This document shows, piece by piece, positions 45,400-57,560 of a stretch of 64,000 bases of DNA (its first letter is position 1; each line of letters begins with the position of its first letter). A program made the translations under genes and the position numbers. Origin of the DNA: the human T2T-CHM13v2.0 reference genome, Homo sapiens; assembly GCF_009914755.1 (NCBI RefSeq), contig NC_060926.1; one strand, written 5' to 3'. The notes beneath the pieces are model-generated. The model was not told where the DNA came from. It ran no database searches and was given only the letters and a program-made list of their open reading frames with translations.

Positions 45400-45615
45400 T
45401 TCTCATTATTAAATTGTCCTTTATGTGTGAAGGACATTATATAAATTGTCATCATCTTGTCCCAAACCCAGTGATGTGGGTGTTATTACTCTCCATATGA
45501 GAAGCTAAGAGATGTGAAACAACTGTCAAATTCACAAGGTAGCAAGTGATAGAAGTGACATTTGAATCCACATTTGTCTGTCACATAAGTCTGTGCTCTT
45601 CTCATTATATTACCC
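45400..45615 (-). mobile_element. MIR fragment
   Basis: atgagaagctaagagatgtgaaacaactgtcaaattcaca...atttgaatcca. Confidence 0.55.
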
Positions 45616-46388
45616 AGCCTGATGTCACCCTGTCTACAAAAACCTACTTTCATAACCTCTTTCTGCCATCAGCAAAGCAGAGGTTCATCTTTTTTGGCAC
45701 ACTGAAAAGACTGTGCTTAGAGCAGCAACGTTGTACCACTGTGCCGCAGGATTGAACTGCAGGTCTTTAGTGACATTAATGATTTACTGTTGCTTATCTC
45801 AGCTTACCCCAGGTAATTTGTCAATCAATACCTGGCCTTTGGATTTTCTCTATGTCATTTCTCCCTGTTCCCAATTTTAAACATGTATTTAAGATTGTCT
45901 AGCTAGAATTTCTCTAGCTCTCTGGGCAGTCCCTTGGCATGAAGGGGTTATGCAATATAAAATGCTCATGAATCAATATTTCATAGGATCCCTGGAGTTC
46001 AAGTTGGTACTGGAGGAAAATGGCGATTTTCCAGGGTGAAGCCCAAAGTACTAGTTGCTAGAAAAATGCTTCTGAGGCCTGAAAATAATCAAGGATTTTT
46101 GTTGTTGTTTTTGTTTTATTTTTTGTGCCTATCAAAGACCTGTGTATAACCCAGGTCTGCATGTCCATGAAGCAAGCCTTCTTTTTTCACTCCAATCCAG
46201 CATGCTCACTACCCCACCTTTCCCCTCTTACAGCAGCCTTGAATCACAAAGTAGTTGTCTATCAGTCTTGATTGTTTTATGTATTTATCCAGTATCCCTA
46301 ACAAAATGGTAACTCCTGTATCTTTTCTTTTGTATTGGTATCCCGCAGTCCTCTGCCAAGAAAGGACTATGCAGTGACCATTGCTTCC

Positions 46389-46749
46389 TTTTAAAATTGT
46401 GGCAAAATATACATAACATAAAATTTACCCTTTAACTATTTTAAACTATCTAGTTAAGTGGCATTAAGTACATTTACATTATTGTACAGCTACCACCCAT
46501 CTCTAGAACTTTTCATCCAAACTGAAACTCTCTACTCATTAAACAATTTCTCCCCAGCCCCTGGGAAAACCACCATTCTACTTTCTGTCTCTATGAGTTC
46601 AACTACTCTAGGTACCTTATATAGGTGGAATCACACAATCTTTGTCCTTTTGTGTCTGACTTATTTCACTTAGCATAATGTCCTCAAGGTTCATCCATGT
46701 TTTAACGTATGTCAGAACTTCATTATTTTTATAGGCTGAAGAATATTCC

Positions 46750-46786
<37 letters not shown>

Positions 46787-47063
46787 GTGTATATGACTTT
46801 TTGCTTATCTGTTTAGTCATTAATGGATATTTGGATCATTTCCACCTGTTGGCTATTGTGAATAATGTTGCTATGAGCACTGGTGTACAAATATCTGTTT
46901 GAGTCACCTCTTATTGGGTGTATATCCAGGAGTGGAATCACTGGCGATGTTTAATAACTTTGAGGAACTGCAATACTGCTTTCATAGCTGCTGTCCCATT
47001 TTACATTCCCACCAGCAATGCCCGAGTTCCAGTTTCTCCACACTTTCTCAACAATTGTTATTT
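46389..47063 (-). mobile_element. L1MB (MB2/3-like) 3' end containing (TG)16 at 46752-46783
   Basis: aaaatatacataacataaaatttacc...ccagcccctggg...aggtaccttatataggtggaatca. Confidence 0.9.
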
Positions 47064-47099
47064 CACCATGATTCTTCTGACTTAATCCTCATGACAAAT

Positions 47100-47300
47100 T
47101 GATAATTATTACTATACCTAGTATTGGTATTGTGCTTCACAATTGACCATTTTGCATATATTATGCTTTTGAATATTTATAATAATCTTTGGTTTAAGTA
47201 TTACAGCTACATTACAAAAGAATACATTGATATTTAGAGATGCTACATCACTTGTCCAAGAGCACAGAGCTAGTAGGTGGAAAAGTCAAAACCATAACTT
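47100..47300 (-). mobile_element. MIR fragment
   Basis: cacttgtccaagagcacagagctagtaggtgg. Confidence 0.55.
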
Positions 47301-48026
47301 TACCAGATTTCCTTTATTATTTGAGAATTAAACAATTCATGTTTTTGAGATTCTCCCTCGAATGTTTCACTCACTCTGCATTATAATAAGGGCAGTTCAC
47401 GCATTGAGAAAGATTCCTGAAAAGGAGACCTGCTGCTGTCCCATGTCTCCCAAGGTATCAAAGAAAATAAATGACTTAAATAAGTAACAGGAAGGGTTTA
47501 GGTTAGATATTAATTGGGTGGTTGGTGTTGGTCAGACATTGGAAAGGATTACCAAAGGACTTTTTGAAATAATGCAAGTCCTGAAGAACGCCATAGAGTT
47601 CATCCTAGTACATGTCTGAAGGCAAGGAAGTAATTCAGTGCAACCTTGTTAGTTATTTGAAAGTAGGGGATAAACTGGATGACTTCACATCATTTCTTCA
47701 AGTTACCTGATTCTATAACACAGATTCTACCAAATGGCTTTGTACTAGTGAGGTAAATTGTTTTTTGGGGTTAGGGGATGAAGCTTGTTTTCTCAACTCC
47801 TTCATCATTGATCTCTGGAGAATGCAGTCCCCAACTCTCAATTCCATTTCATACCCTCAGAGTTCACGAGGTCTTCAGGGGAGGGGACAGAGATGACCTA
47901 ATTCACCTGGGGGTTCTGAGTTAACCTCACCAGTTAACTTTCTTAAATATTGTTGAGTTGTTTTTCTTCTGCTCTTCTGGGAGATTTGAAGGATTTGCAA
48001 TTTTGGCCTGAAATTAAATGGGATAA

Positions 48027-48343
<317 letters not shown>

Positions 48344-49204
48344 TAAACGGGACAATTTCAATGTCCAAATGTTACGTGTTGTCAGTGGTGGGTCATAAAG
48401 TGGGGACAAGGGAGTTGACTTAACACAAAAAGGGTAGAAGGAAGATATCTGGTGAAGAAATAAAATTCTCTGGGTATTTATGTAGATGCTGCCACCAATG
48501 AGCTATCTGCCTTAGAGCAATCTGTAGGGAAATTAGATATCCATGTGACTCTATTCATGCTGGGCAGTCCCTCCTCTCTCCTTCAGAACTGTAATTGTAC
48601 ACCATTCAGTGACCTTGAATGCAAGACCAATTCTGCTGTCTAGAGCTGTTCAATATCCATGCATGTCACTTTCCTCACGACTCAAAAGAAGGAATTAGAG
48701 CTTTCCACCTCACAGTTGTTAGAGATTAAAATAACAAAACTTTTTGAAAATTAGTGTGCATTCCAAGCACTCTAAAGACCTTGTCAGGAGAATGTTGAAA
48801 TTAAGACAAAACTATTCTAGAAATCATTTAAGAAATTGCTAGCTGAGAAACGAAGGCAGTAAACAAAAGTGGCAATCAGTTCATAAGTGATGTGCATCTG
48901 AAACTCAAAAAGATAAAAATAAGAAGCAAATTGTTGAAAACACAAAAAAGCAAAAGTATTGCCTCTCACCCACATCTGCTTTATTTTGTTCTCCTTTCTT
49001 TGAAGTCCCCTTGTCATAGGCCCTAGCCTCTTACACAGTAAATGACAAGTGAAGAACTGGATTTTGTGGGGCAATCACTGAAGGACTGAAGCGTCACTTT
49101 AGTAAATATCCCAGCTTTTCCAACAGGTCAGCAGTGGTGACCTGGAGTAGTGATCACACTGTTCCTGCCTGATGCAGGACATTTAGTCTTTAGAATGATG
49201 GAGC

Positions 49205-49290
49205 ACAGAATGCAGAGCTGGGGAGACTACTCAGAGATAATCCCGTCCAACCCGTCATTGTACAGATGATGAAACTGAAGCCAGCAGAGT
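49205..49290 (-). mobile_element. MIR3 fragment
   Basis: cagagataatcccgtccaacccgtcattgtacagatgatgaaactgaagcc. Confidence 0.7.
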
Positions 49291-52200
49291 GCTATTTTTT
49301 TTTTCTTTTAAATTTCAGAATTGAAAATTAAGAATGCCATGGAAAGCAAGGTGAAAAAGGCAGGGGTGTACACATCAATCCCAGATCCAGGGAGCCAACA
49401 TCTTTAAGTAGACTTCTTCAGATGGCCTGTGGGGTACCACAGAGCTTACAGAACAACTTAAGATCACTCCAAACCAGGTAACATTTCAATAAATACATGG
49501 ATTTAAGGCCAATAGAAGCTGGCTTAGCACCTTGCTGATCCTCATTCTTACCAGAACTCCCGTCTAACCCCAGGTAACTTCACAAGTTGTTAGAAACCAT
49601 CCTTCAAAGATCTGCCTCTTTCCTTCTGCGTGGCAGCTGGAGACTCCTGCTTGGTCCTAATCAGTGCAGGATCAACAACAGAAATCCGCAAATGTCAGTC
49701 ATTTTTCTGTTTTCACTACCCAGTTGTTTTCTCTTGAGTTTAACTGCCTGAATTTTAGTGTCTGTGATAAGCACTCAGGGGTAATATCATACACCTCTGG
49801 AAGCCCTCTACTGATTGTGGGCTATGATCTGCAAGTGATGAAAGCAGGATTTGGCCAATTAGGAGTACAAGAATTTCTTGGCACTGCCAGAGCTTCACAG
49901 AAGATGTGTGCTGTGCACATTCCCATGGAGCTGGCTTGATTTCACAATCTTTCACAGCCTATTGTAATATACCACCCATCTCAAACAAGGTCCCTGTCCA
50001 AGTGTGCTTTAATGTTTTATGAAATCAGCTGCAAATGTCAGGATTTAAAAATCCAAAGTTGAAACCCACATTTTATTCTTTTTTATTCTGTAAGATTTAG
50101 CATGTCAATTACATCTTTAATCATAAAAGAGCATGACAAAATGTGTTGTGATGGGAGTATGAAAATTTTTTTCTAATACTTTTATATTAGTATTTTATAT
50201 TTTATATTTATATTAAATGCCCTATGATGAAAGTATATTTGTGAACCAAAAAATATGTATGTATATTAAAGAATCTTGCCAAATATAGTGGGAATTTTTG
50301 GGGCTTTGTGATGTTGATGTTGGATCTTCGTCACTCACTCAGCTCAACAATGAAATAAAGCACCAGGGTGTTGGTTGGCTACTTCGATGTTTTATGCGTC
50401 TATGAAAAGTCTAAACTTATCATCATTAAAAGTGGACTTGTGGAGTCTGGGGGATGATTTTGATACTAGTTTTATTGTTCAAAACCCCAGAGTTGGAGCT
50501 AGAACTCTCAGAGAAGCTTCTCCTTGAGAAGGTAAAAGGGAAGGCAGGGTGCTCTTCCAGTGCAGGTGGGGTGGCCTCAACACTCCCAGGCTTTCTGCTT
50601 CTTCAGTGTTTTCCTCAGCGTGACTAACGAAAATGCTCTTTGTTCTTTATTCCAGAGTCAAAGACATCCCTGCCACGCAGCACATAGATTTATAACTCTG
50701 GTCAAAGGTTTCGACAAATACAGATTTCTTCAATCCGAAGTCCATCTGTGTGTGTTCCCAGAAATAAAGAACAGTGCATGTCTATCTCCCTCTCTCTAAT
50801 CCATAGAGGTAGCAAGGGCAGGAGAATTGAATTCCCAAAAGGACTTCTTATAGCTCTGGTGACAATTACCATCTCAAACAGGCTGGTGCTACCTTGGGGA
50901 CACATGTGGACTTTATTTTTTGCTCTCTTTTTTCAAACTGAGGTAGTGTCAGCACTGACACAGACAGTCCAGAGAAAAGAAACTGTGTCTGCTGTCATGT
51001 TTATTTAGTTGGTATAAGTGGAAAGATCATAACCTGAAGTTTTGATGAAAACACACTTCTTGCTCAGATAATCCATTATGTCATTGATTAGTTCTGCTAA
51101 GAGAAAGCGAATGGGTTAAAGAAACAAAAAAGACAACAAGATGTGGGATTAGGTCTGGGGATGTGGAGCATGTAGGGAACATCATAAAATTTCTGATTTC
51201 ATATCTGGGACCTGGGTACATGATCTGAGACATAAATTTGAATGTTCAACAGCCAAATTATCCTGCCCCCTAGACATAACCTCCCATGATGCAAAGCAAC
51301 AGGGAAGGTGCATGAATTCTTTCAGGCTCTATGAATGTCCCTGAGCAATCTGTTTCTTTAGCATCTTACATAAACATGGCTGGAATGACAAAAGCTCACC
51401 AGGGTGCCTATGGGGAAGGGGTGCAGTTCCAATGCCTGAAGTCTCTGTGACAACACCAAGGGAAAAACATTGGAATGGAGGCCAATATAATGATATTGAA
51501 CCCGCTCAAGTGAGCAGTTTTGTGGAAGGCATCCATTTTGGAGCTGAGCTCAAATACTACTGGAGCTCAGTATTGTAGAACAGCCTGATTCACCACCAGG
51601 TCTGCAGTAGAGTCCAGGTATGGCATTACCCTTTGATTTACCTAATCTGGGAAGAAGCCAATTGGCCTATGGAACACCTGAAAGTAAAACACTGCCCACC
51701 AGAGATGAGAAACTTTGCCTGCCTATAAACTCTGATAAGATGCCCTTGATAACTGAAAACCACAGGAATGCCAACAATAAGTCTCAGTTATTGAGAAGTT
51801 TGCTGTCCAGTGGGAAAGGCAGGTAATAACAATCCTCAAAAATAATACATTAAGTGCTATACTAAGGGTATATCCAGGGTGCTGTCAGAATGCAGAAGAG
51901 GCAGTACCTAATCCAGCCTGACAGTGAGGGTCAGGGAAGGCTGCCACTATATCTAGATTTAAGAAATTCAGAGCACAGTTGACATAGCTTGTCTTAAGGA
52001 TGACACTTGGCCTTCTAAATAAATCAAACTTTTCCCAGAACCATTTCAAAGGACTTAGCTCTGTGTATCCATCTGCATTCCCAGTGAATGGAAGAAAGGT
52101 CAGAAATGAGTTAATGCTCATACACTGGCCTGTGCCACTGTTTTAAATCTATTGTCACTGCTTTGTCTGCTGAATTAGTATTCCTCCTTACCTGATTTTC

Positions 52201-53109
52201 TTTAACAAGCCAGTTCTTTGTGTCTTCCAATATCCTTCTCTTCATATAATTTCAAAACAGATCTCCGTCTAACCACTTAAATTGTTTAGCTTCATGTGAC
52301 ATGTCTTCTGGAGGCTAACAGCATAATTGCTTTAGATAATTTTTTTTTTGTTTACATTATGTAAGATTTTACTTCACTTGACATTTGCTATTTTCCCTTC
52401 CCTACCTTCTGTATACTTCAAGGAATTCTGAACTGTCAGTGCTCACACAGCATAAGCCTGGCACTTATTTTCAGTATGATATGTCACTTCATAACAAAAA
52501 ACCTAGAAACATATTCATTTCCTGTAAAATTATCTGAGTTGAGTGAGTTTAAAGTTGGAGAATGGGCTCTACCTGGGGCTACAGAGAGAGCTCAAGCCCC
52601 TAAAAGTGAATGTCATCCTCTCATGCCCTGATGAAGCTGTTTATTTTCCATGACGTAGCACTTTCCATCCAGGACAAGGTCTGACCAGCCTGGCTCACGA
52701 CAAAATTAGACTGGATATTGGCATCCTCTTATCTTTTTGTCTTTTCTCATTGGTATTGTTCACGTGTCCATTATTCCTCTGGTCTGGAGAGGCTGAAAGA
52801 ACTCAGGAATTACAAGGATGGACCTTTCAGTTGCAGGCTGTGGACCTATAGTAGGTCCTTTAGAGTGGGATGATTTGTTGTTGAGTAAGGGCCTTGCTCA
52901 AGCATTGTCAGCCCAAGCTTGGACACAATGCAGGGTCACTTCGGTTCTCCTGGAAATGAGAATAGTGGTAGCCAGTGGAGAGACTATTTTTGGAATAACA
53001 TTTCCAAAGGCCATTTCCACTTCAAAAATAAATATTATGCACGAACTGGTATGATTATGTAGATTTTCATGTTGGATCTGTTAATATGATAGATTATACT
53101 GACAGATTT

Positions 53110-53690
53110 TTAAACTGCTTTATTGAGATATAATCCACGTACCCTACAATTCACACAATTAAAGGATACAATTCAATGGTTTTTTAGTACAATCACAGAG
53201 TTGTGCAACTGTCACCACAACTTAATTTTAGAACATTTTCATCACCTTCAAAAGAAATGCCATACCCAATAGCCATTACCACCACATCTCCCATTTACGC
53301 AAGCCCTAGGCAATCAATAATCTACTTTCTGTCTCTATAGATTTTTCCTCATTCTGGACATTTCACATAAATGGAATTATATAGTATGTAGTGGCTTGTT
53401 ACTGGCTTCTTTCACTCAGCATACCGTTTTTAAGGTTTGTCTGTGTTGTAGCATGTAAGAGAGGTAGTTCACTGTTTTTTATTGCCAAAAAATTTCCATT
53501 GTATAGATATATCACATTTTGTTTATCCATTCATCAGTTGATGGGCATTTGGGTTATTTCCTCTTTTTGGCTATTATGAACATTGATGTACAAGTGTTTT
53601 TGTGAACATATATTTTTATGTGTCTTGAATCTATACCTAGGAGTGAAATTGCGGGTCATATGGTAATTGTATATTTAACCAGTTAAGAAT
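53110..53690 (-). mobile_element. L1MB (MB7/8-like) 3' end
   Basis: ctgctttattgagatataatccac...ccctaggcaatcaataatctactttctgtctctatagattt. Confidence 0.9.
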
Positions 53691-54030
53691 TGAGAGAAAA
53701 CAGGCAACAGTGAGAACTTTTCAGAAGAAAATGTTAAGGACAGTAAAAGGAGATCGTGTTTGGGACTGAAAGGGGCTAACCCTAGCCAGTCTGCATAATC
53801 TGGATATCAATGGTGGTAACAAAAAACATTTCCTAGGTAGCCCTTAGAAAACAAAACTGCAAGTAAACTTTCTTTTAGTTATAATGTCCTAAGATATTTT
53901 TCTTATCCATACAGGGGGTTAGGTAGATTTTCTATTCTTGTAAATTATTTGTACATGGCAGGTCTCAGAAGCACTTAGGAGGAAATTGTATCAATTTCAT
54001 TGCCTACAGTCATATCTGAATCTTGTAAAG

Positions 54031-54570
54031 CTGTGCTGTCCAACATTATGGCCACCAATCATGTGCTGCTTTTAAAATTAAAATAAAATAAAATTTAAAA
54101 TTCAATTCCAAATCACACTAGCCATACTTCTTTTTTTCTTACTTTTTTTTTCTTTTTTTTTTTGTTTTTTTGAGAGACGGTCTCACTCTGTCATTCAGGC
54201 TGGAGTGCAGTGGTGTGATCATGGCTCACTGCAGCCTTGACCTTCAAGTCTCAAGCAATCCTCTGGCCTCAGCCTCCCTAGTAGCTGGGACTACAGGCAC
54301 ACACCACCACGCCCAGAAAAGTGAAAAAAAAATTTTTTTTTGTGACATGGGTTCTCACTACTTTTCCCAGGCTAAACTTGAACCCCTGGATTTAAACAAT
54401 TCTTCTGTCTTGGCCTTCCAAAGCCTTGGGATTATAGGTGTGAGCCACCATGCCCAGCATTAGCCACATTTCAAGGGCTCAATCACCAGATTTTGTTTAT
54501 GGCTTTGGTATCAGACAGTACAGACAGAGACTGCTCCCCTTATTGCAGCAAGTTCTATCAGACAGTGTTG
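54031..54570 (-). mobile_element. MER3 hAT-Charlie element split by an AluJ
   Basis: ctgtgctgtccaac...cacactagcca | tagccacatttcaagggctcaat...aagttctatcagacagtgttg. Confidence 0.8.
54131..54460 (-). mobile_element. AluJ
   Basis: gatcatggctcactgcagccttgacc is a J diagnostic. TSD tagcca(tac/cat)ttc at 54119-54130 and 54461-54472. Confidence 0.93.
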
Positions 54571-54668
54571 TGCTATAGCATGAAAGCAGAGGTTCTCAAC
54601 TGGTGGTGATTTTTACCTCCCAAAAGAATCTGGCCATGTCTTGAGACATTTTGATTTTTATAACCTAG

Positions 54669-55260
54669 TATGTCCGGAATTGGTGGGTTCTTGGTCTCGC
54701 TGACTTCAAGAGTGAAGCCGCGGAGCCTCGCGGTGAGTGTTACAGTTCTTAAAGGCGGCGTGTCCGGAGTTTGTTCCTTCTGATGTTCAGATGTGTCCAG
54801 AGTTTCTTCCTTCCGGTGGGTTCGTGGTCTCACTGACTTCAGGAGTGAAGCTGCAGACCTTCGCGGTGAGTGTTACAGCTCTTAAAAGCGGCGCGTCTGG
54901 AGTTGTTCTTTCCTTCCGGTGGGTTCGTGGTCTCACTGGCCTCAGGAGTGAAGCTGCAGACCTTCATGGTGAGTGTTAACAGTTCATAAAGTTGGCGCGT
55001 CCGGAGTTGTTCGTTCTTCCCGTCGGGAGTTGTTTGTCCCTCTCTGTGGGTTTGTGGTCTCGCTGGCTTCAGGAGTGAAGCTGCAGACCTTTGCGGTGAG
55101 TGTTACAGTTCATAAAGTTGGCGCGTCCGGAGTTGTTCGTTCCTCCCGTTGGGAGTTGTTTGTCCCTCTCTGTGGGTTTGTGGTCTCACTGGCTTCAGGA
55201 GTGAAGCTGCAGACCTTCACAGTGAGTGTTACAGCTCATAAAGGCGGCGCGGACCCAAAG
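54669..55260 (-). mobile_element. LTR12 (ERV9 LTR, LTR12D-like), U5 and end of R only
   Basis: tgtccggaattggtgggttcttggtctc terminus. U5 tandem repeats aggagtgaagctgcagacct at 54841, 54944, 55071 and 55197. Confidence 0.95.
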
Positions 55261-55495
55261 GCGAGTAACAGCAAGATGGCTGCCACGGGACCTAGAAAGG
55301 GGAGAAGCCATGTTGCCCAACTCCAGAGGTTGGTATAAGAGTTTGAAAGGTATTGTCTGATTTCAGAAGCCTTTTCCTGTAAATGCCAGGTGGCATCTCA
55401 TACTATCCCTGACTGGTTAGTGTAAAAACGACTTCCCCTAAGAAGGTGCAGAGTCCTCCTTTCTCAGCAGTGAAGAGGTCTAGGCCTTGGTGGTT
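55254..55495 (-). pseudogene. HERV9 env TM-subunit fragment (immunosuppressive domain to transmembrane helix), disabled
   Basis: Manual translation NHQGLDLFTAEKGGLCTFLGE/frameshift/YTNQSGIV*DATWHLQEKASEIRQYLSNSYTNLWSWATWLLPFLGPVAAILLLLAFG. This is the gammaretroviral CKS-17-like ISD and TM. Confidence 0.9.
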
Positions 55496-55603
55496 CTAGG
55501 GGAGGGAGGTATCCACTGGGCGGAGGCCAGAGATGTTCCTAAACATTCTGCGAGGCACAGGGCAGCCTCCACCATGATTAGCCATCCAAATCGTCAATAG
55601 TGC

Positions 55604-56366
55604 TGAGATGGGAGAGTTCCCTTGACACCTTTGTAGAACTTGCGACAGGTGTGTGGCTCGTTTACTCCTCCGCCACGCTCAAACCCCTTGCTGGAGGGGG
55701 AGCACAAATGTGAGCAGGTGCAGGAGCTGGGGTGAGTGCCTTTGGGTGTCCGCAGGAATGAACCGTGTACTGGCCCGCGGCAGCATCCTCTAAAACCCCG
55801 GAGGGGATGTACTACAAACAATGGTCTTTTAGCTTTGCCATCCACGGATGGCTTAAGTGTTAAAACAGCTCAGTGAAGTGTCAGTCTTTTTGGATTCCCA
55901 CACCCGGTGTATCCCAAATTCTTGTCTGGTGTCCAAGAAGTATCAGGTCACATGAGCAGATTGAAGGGTGGTATATGCACAGGATTTCATTGAGCAATGG
56001 GAGTTGCTCTCAGTGTCATGGGGAGCTGGAAATGGGATAGAGTGGAAATATAATCTTCCCCTGGAGTTCAGCATGGGATGGCCAAACTCCTCTCCAACCA
56101 TAGTCTCTGACGTGCAGACGTTCAGACGCTTCTCTTCTCTCCTCTGCTGCACTGCTCTGCTCCTCTGCCAATGGAGCTTGGGCTTTTTATGGGTACAGGG
56201 TTGGGGGTGTGGTGGGCCAGGGTGGTTTTTGAAAAGGCAGAATTCAGGCGTGAAAACAGGGAGTGAAGTTCTCGTTTGGGGCTGCAGGCCCAGGTTTGAG
56301 GGCGGAACACTTGCTAGGGACCCCACCCTTTTCTACCTAGTATTTCCCTGCCTCCTGTTTGTATCA
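55604..56366 (-). mobile_element. ERV1 solo LTR, LTR27/LTR28 (LTR1-related)-like
   Basis: Minus strand starts TGATACAAACAGGAGGCAGGGAAATACT and ends CTCA. Perfect 4-bp TSD gtgc at 55600-55603 and 56367-56370. Confidence 0.88.
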
Positions 56367-56397
56367 GTGCCAAGGTTGAGAAACCCTCTTCTAAAGC

Positions 56398-56584
56398 AAT
56401 GATGTCTACATTGAGCCTGATTTTTATCAAAAAATCTAAAGAATCACCTGGCCAGCTTTTAAAAATCCATATGCTTGAGCCCTACCCCGAAGATTTTGAT
56501 TAAGAAAGAAGAGGATCTCAGGACTTGTGTTGTTCAAAAGCTTTCCAGGTGATTCTTAGGATTGGCCAGATTCAAGAACTATTG
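56398..56584. mobile_element. MER5A/B hAT-Charlie element
   Basis: agaatcacctggccagcttttaaaaat...aagctttccaggtgattct, with internal inverted symmetry. Confidence 0.7.
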
Positions 56585-57344
56585 TATTAAAGTACACTGA
56601 ATCTCAACTTTCAGTTTAGAAGAAAACCACCTGGTAAGCATTAGCAGTACTCTCAGAATAGGTTAATGACTCTAAGGCCATTACCTCTTCTGTTTAATTT
56701 CTCCAATTACCTCTTTCTCAATTAATGGGGTCATTAAGCACTTAAGACTTGCATTAATTTCCCTCCTCTCTTTTGTAATTCTTTCATTCTGCATAAATCT
56801 AGTTTGCAAATGATTACAGCTTGTTAAATATTGTACACTTTCTGTTTACAAACAGAACAAATGACCTAGAAAATGTTTGGCAGCTGTCTTTGTTCATTAG
56901 GGTTTAACAGGAAATAGCTGAGTAAACAAGCAGTCTAGCCCTGTAGGTGGCATGGCATGACATATTATAGTCCATTTCTTTGCTACTAAATAACTTAATT
57001 CATGCAAGTGAAATTCACTTTAAATGATTTGAAGTTGCTTACTTTAAGGTCAATATAATTCCACTGAACTTAGAAAAGTTTAAATGAATTAATTTTAGGT
57101 TTAAGATATTCGTCTGCTTTCCACTTTCCATCATTCTGTAATAAATTACACAAAGGAAATACTCCCTGCTCTCAAGAAACTTGAAAGGTAATACGATGTA
57201 GTTGTGGAAATGATGCATAAATACAAGTAACTACAAGAAACATGTCAAACATTCTAAGAAGAGTTATACATTTGAGAGGAAGAGATCTTTTCAGATGAAG
57301 ATCTAGGAAATTGTTATGGAAGTAGCAGCATCTTACCTCCCCCT

Positions 57345-57560
57345 ACACCCATTCAAAAAATGTTTGCTAGTGCCTACTCCATGCGAGGTCCACTGTATTA
57401 GGAGCTAGGGATAAACAGACACAATCCCTCTACTCATGGAACTTACTTTCCTAGAGAGTAGTTAGCCAGTTAATTATTTATTGTGTGCCTACTGTGTGCC
57501 AAGCATACAGACAGACAGGCAATTATGATTCAAAGTGATAAGTGCTAAGATACAGGAAGG
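57345..57560 (-). mobile_element. L2 3' fragments
   Basis: cattcaaaaaatgtttgctagtgcctact...ccctctactcatggaacttactttc. Confidence 0.6.

Larger units (their letters stand above)
54587..56388 (+). mobile_element. MER20 hAT-Charlie element in three pieces (54587-54668, 55496-55603, 56367-56388)
   Basis: cagaggttctcaactgg...gagacattttg; gaggccagagatgttcctaaacattctg...gtcaatagtgc; caaggttgagaaaccct. Together these rebuild the MER20 consensus in order. Confidence 0.88.

Noticed and set aside
54700-55250. Regularly spaced 20-bp repeats resembling a CRISPR array
   Set aside because: The intervening sequences are homologous to each other. These are the known LTR12 U5 tandem repeats in eukaryotic DNA, with no cas genes.
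55254-55495. Possible syncytin-like domesticated env
   Set aside because: Only ~80 codons remain, with a frameshift in the CX6CC region and an internal stop, and no SU subunit, start codon or promoter.
55943-56402. 127-aa and 144-aa ORFs
   Set aside because: They lie almost entirely within an ERV1 LTR and are chance open frames in GC-richer sequence.
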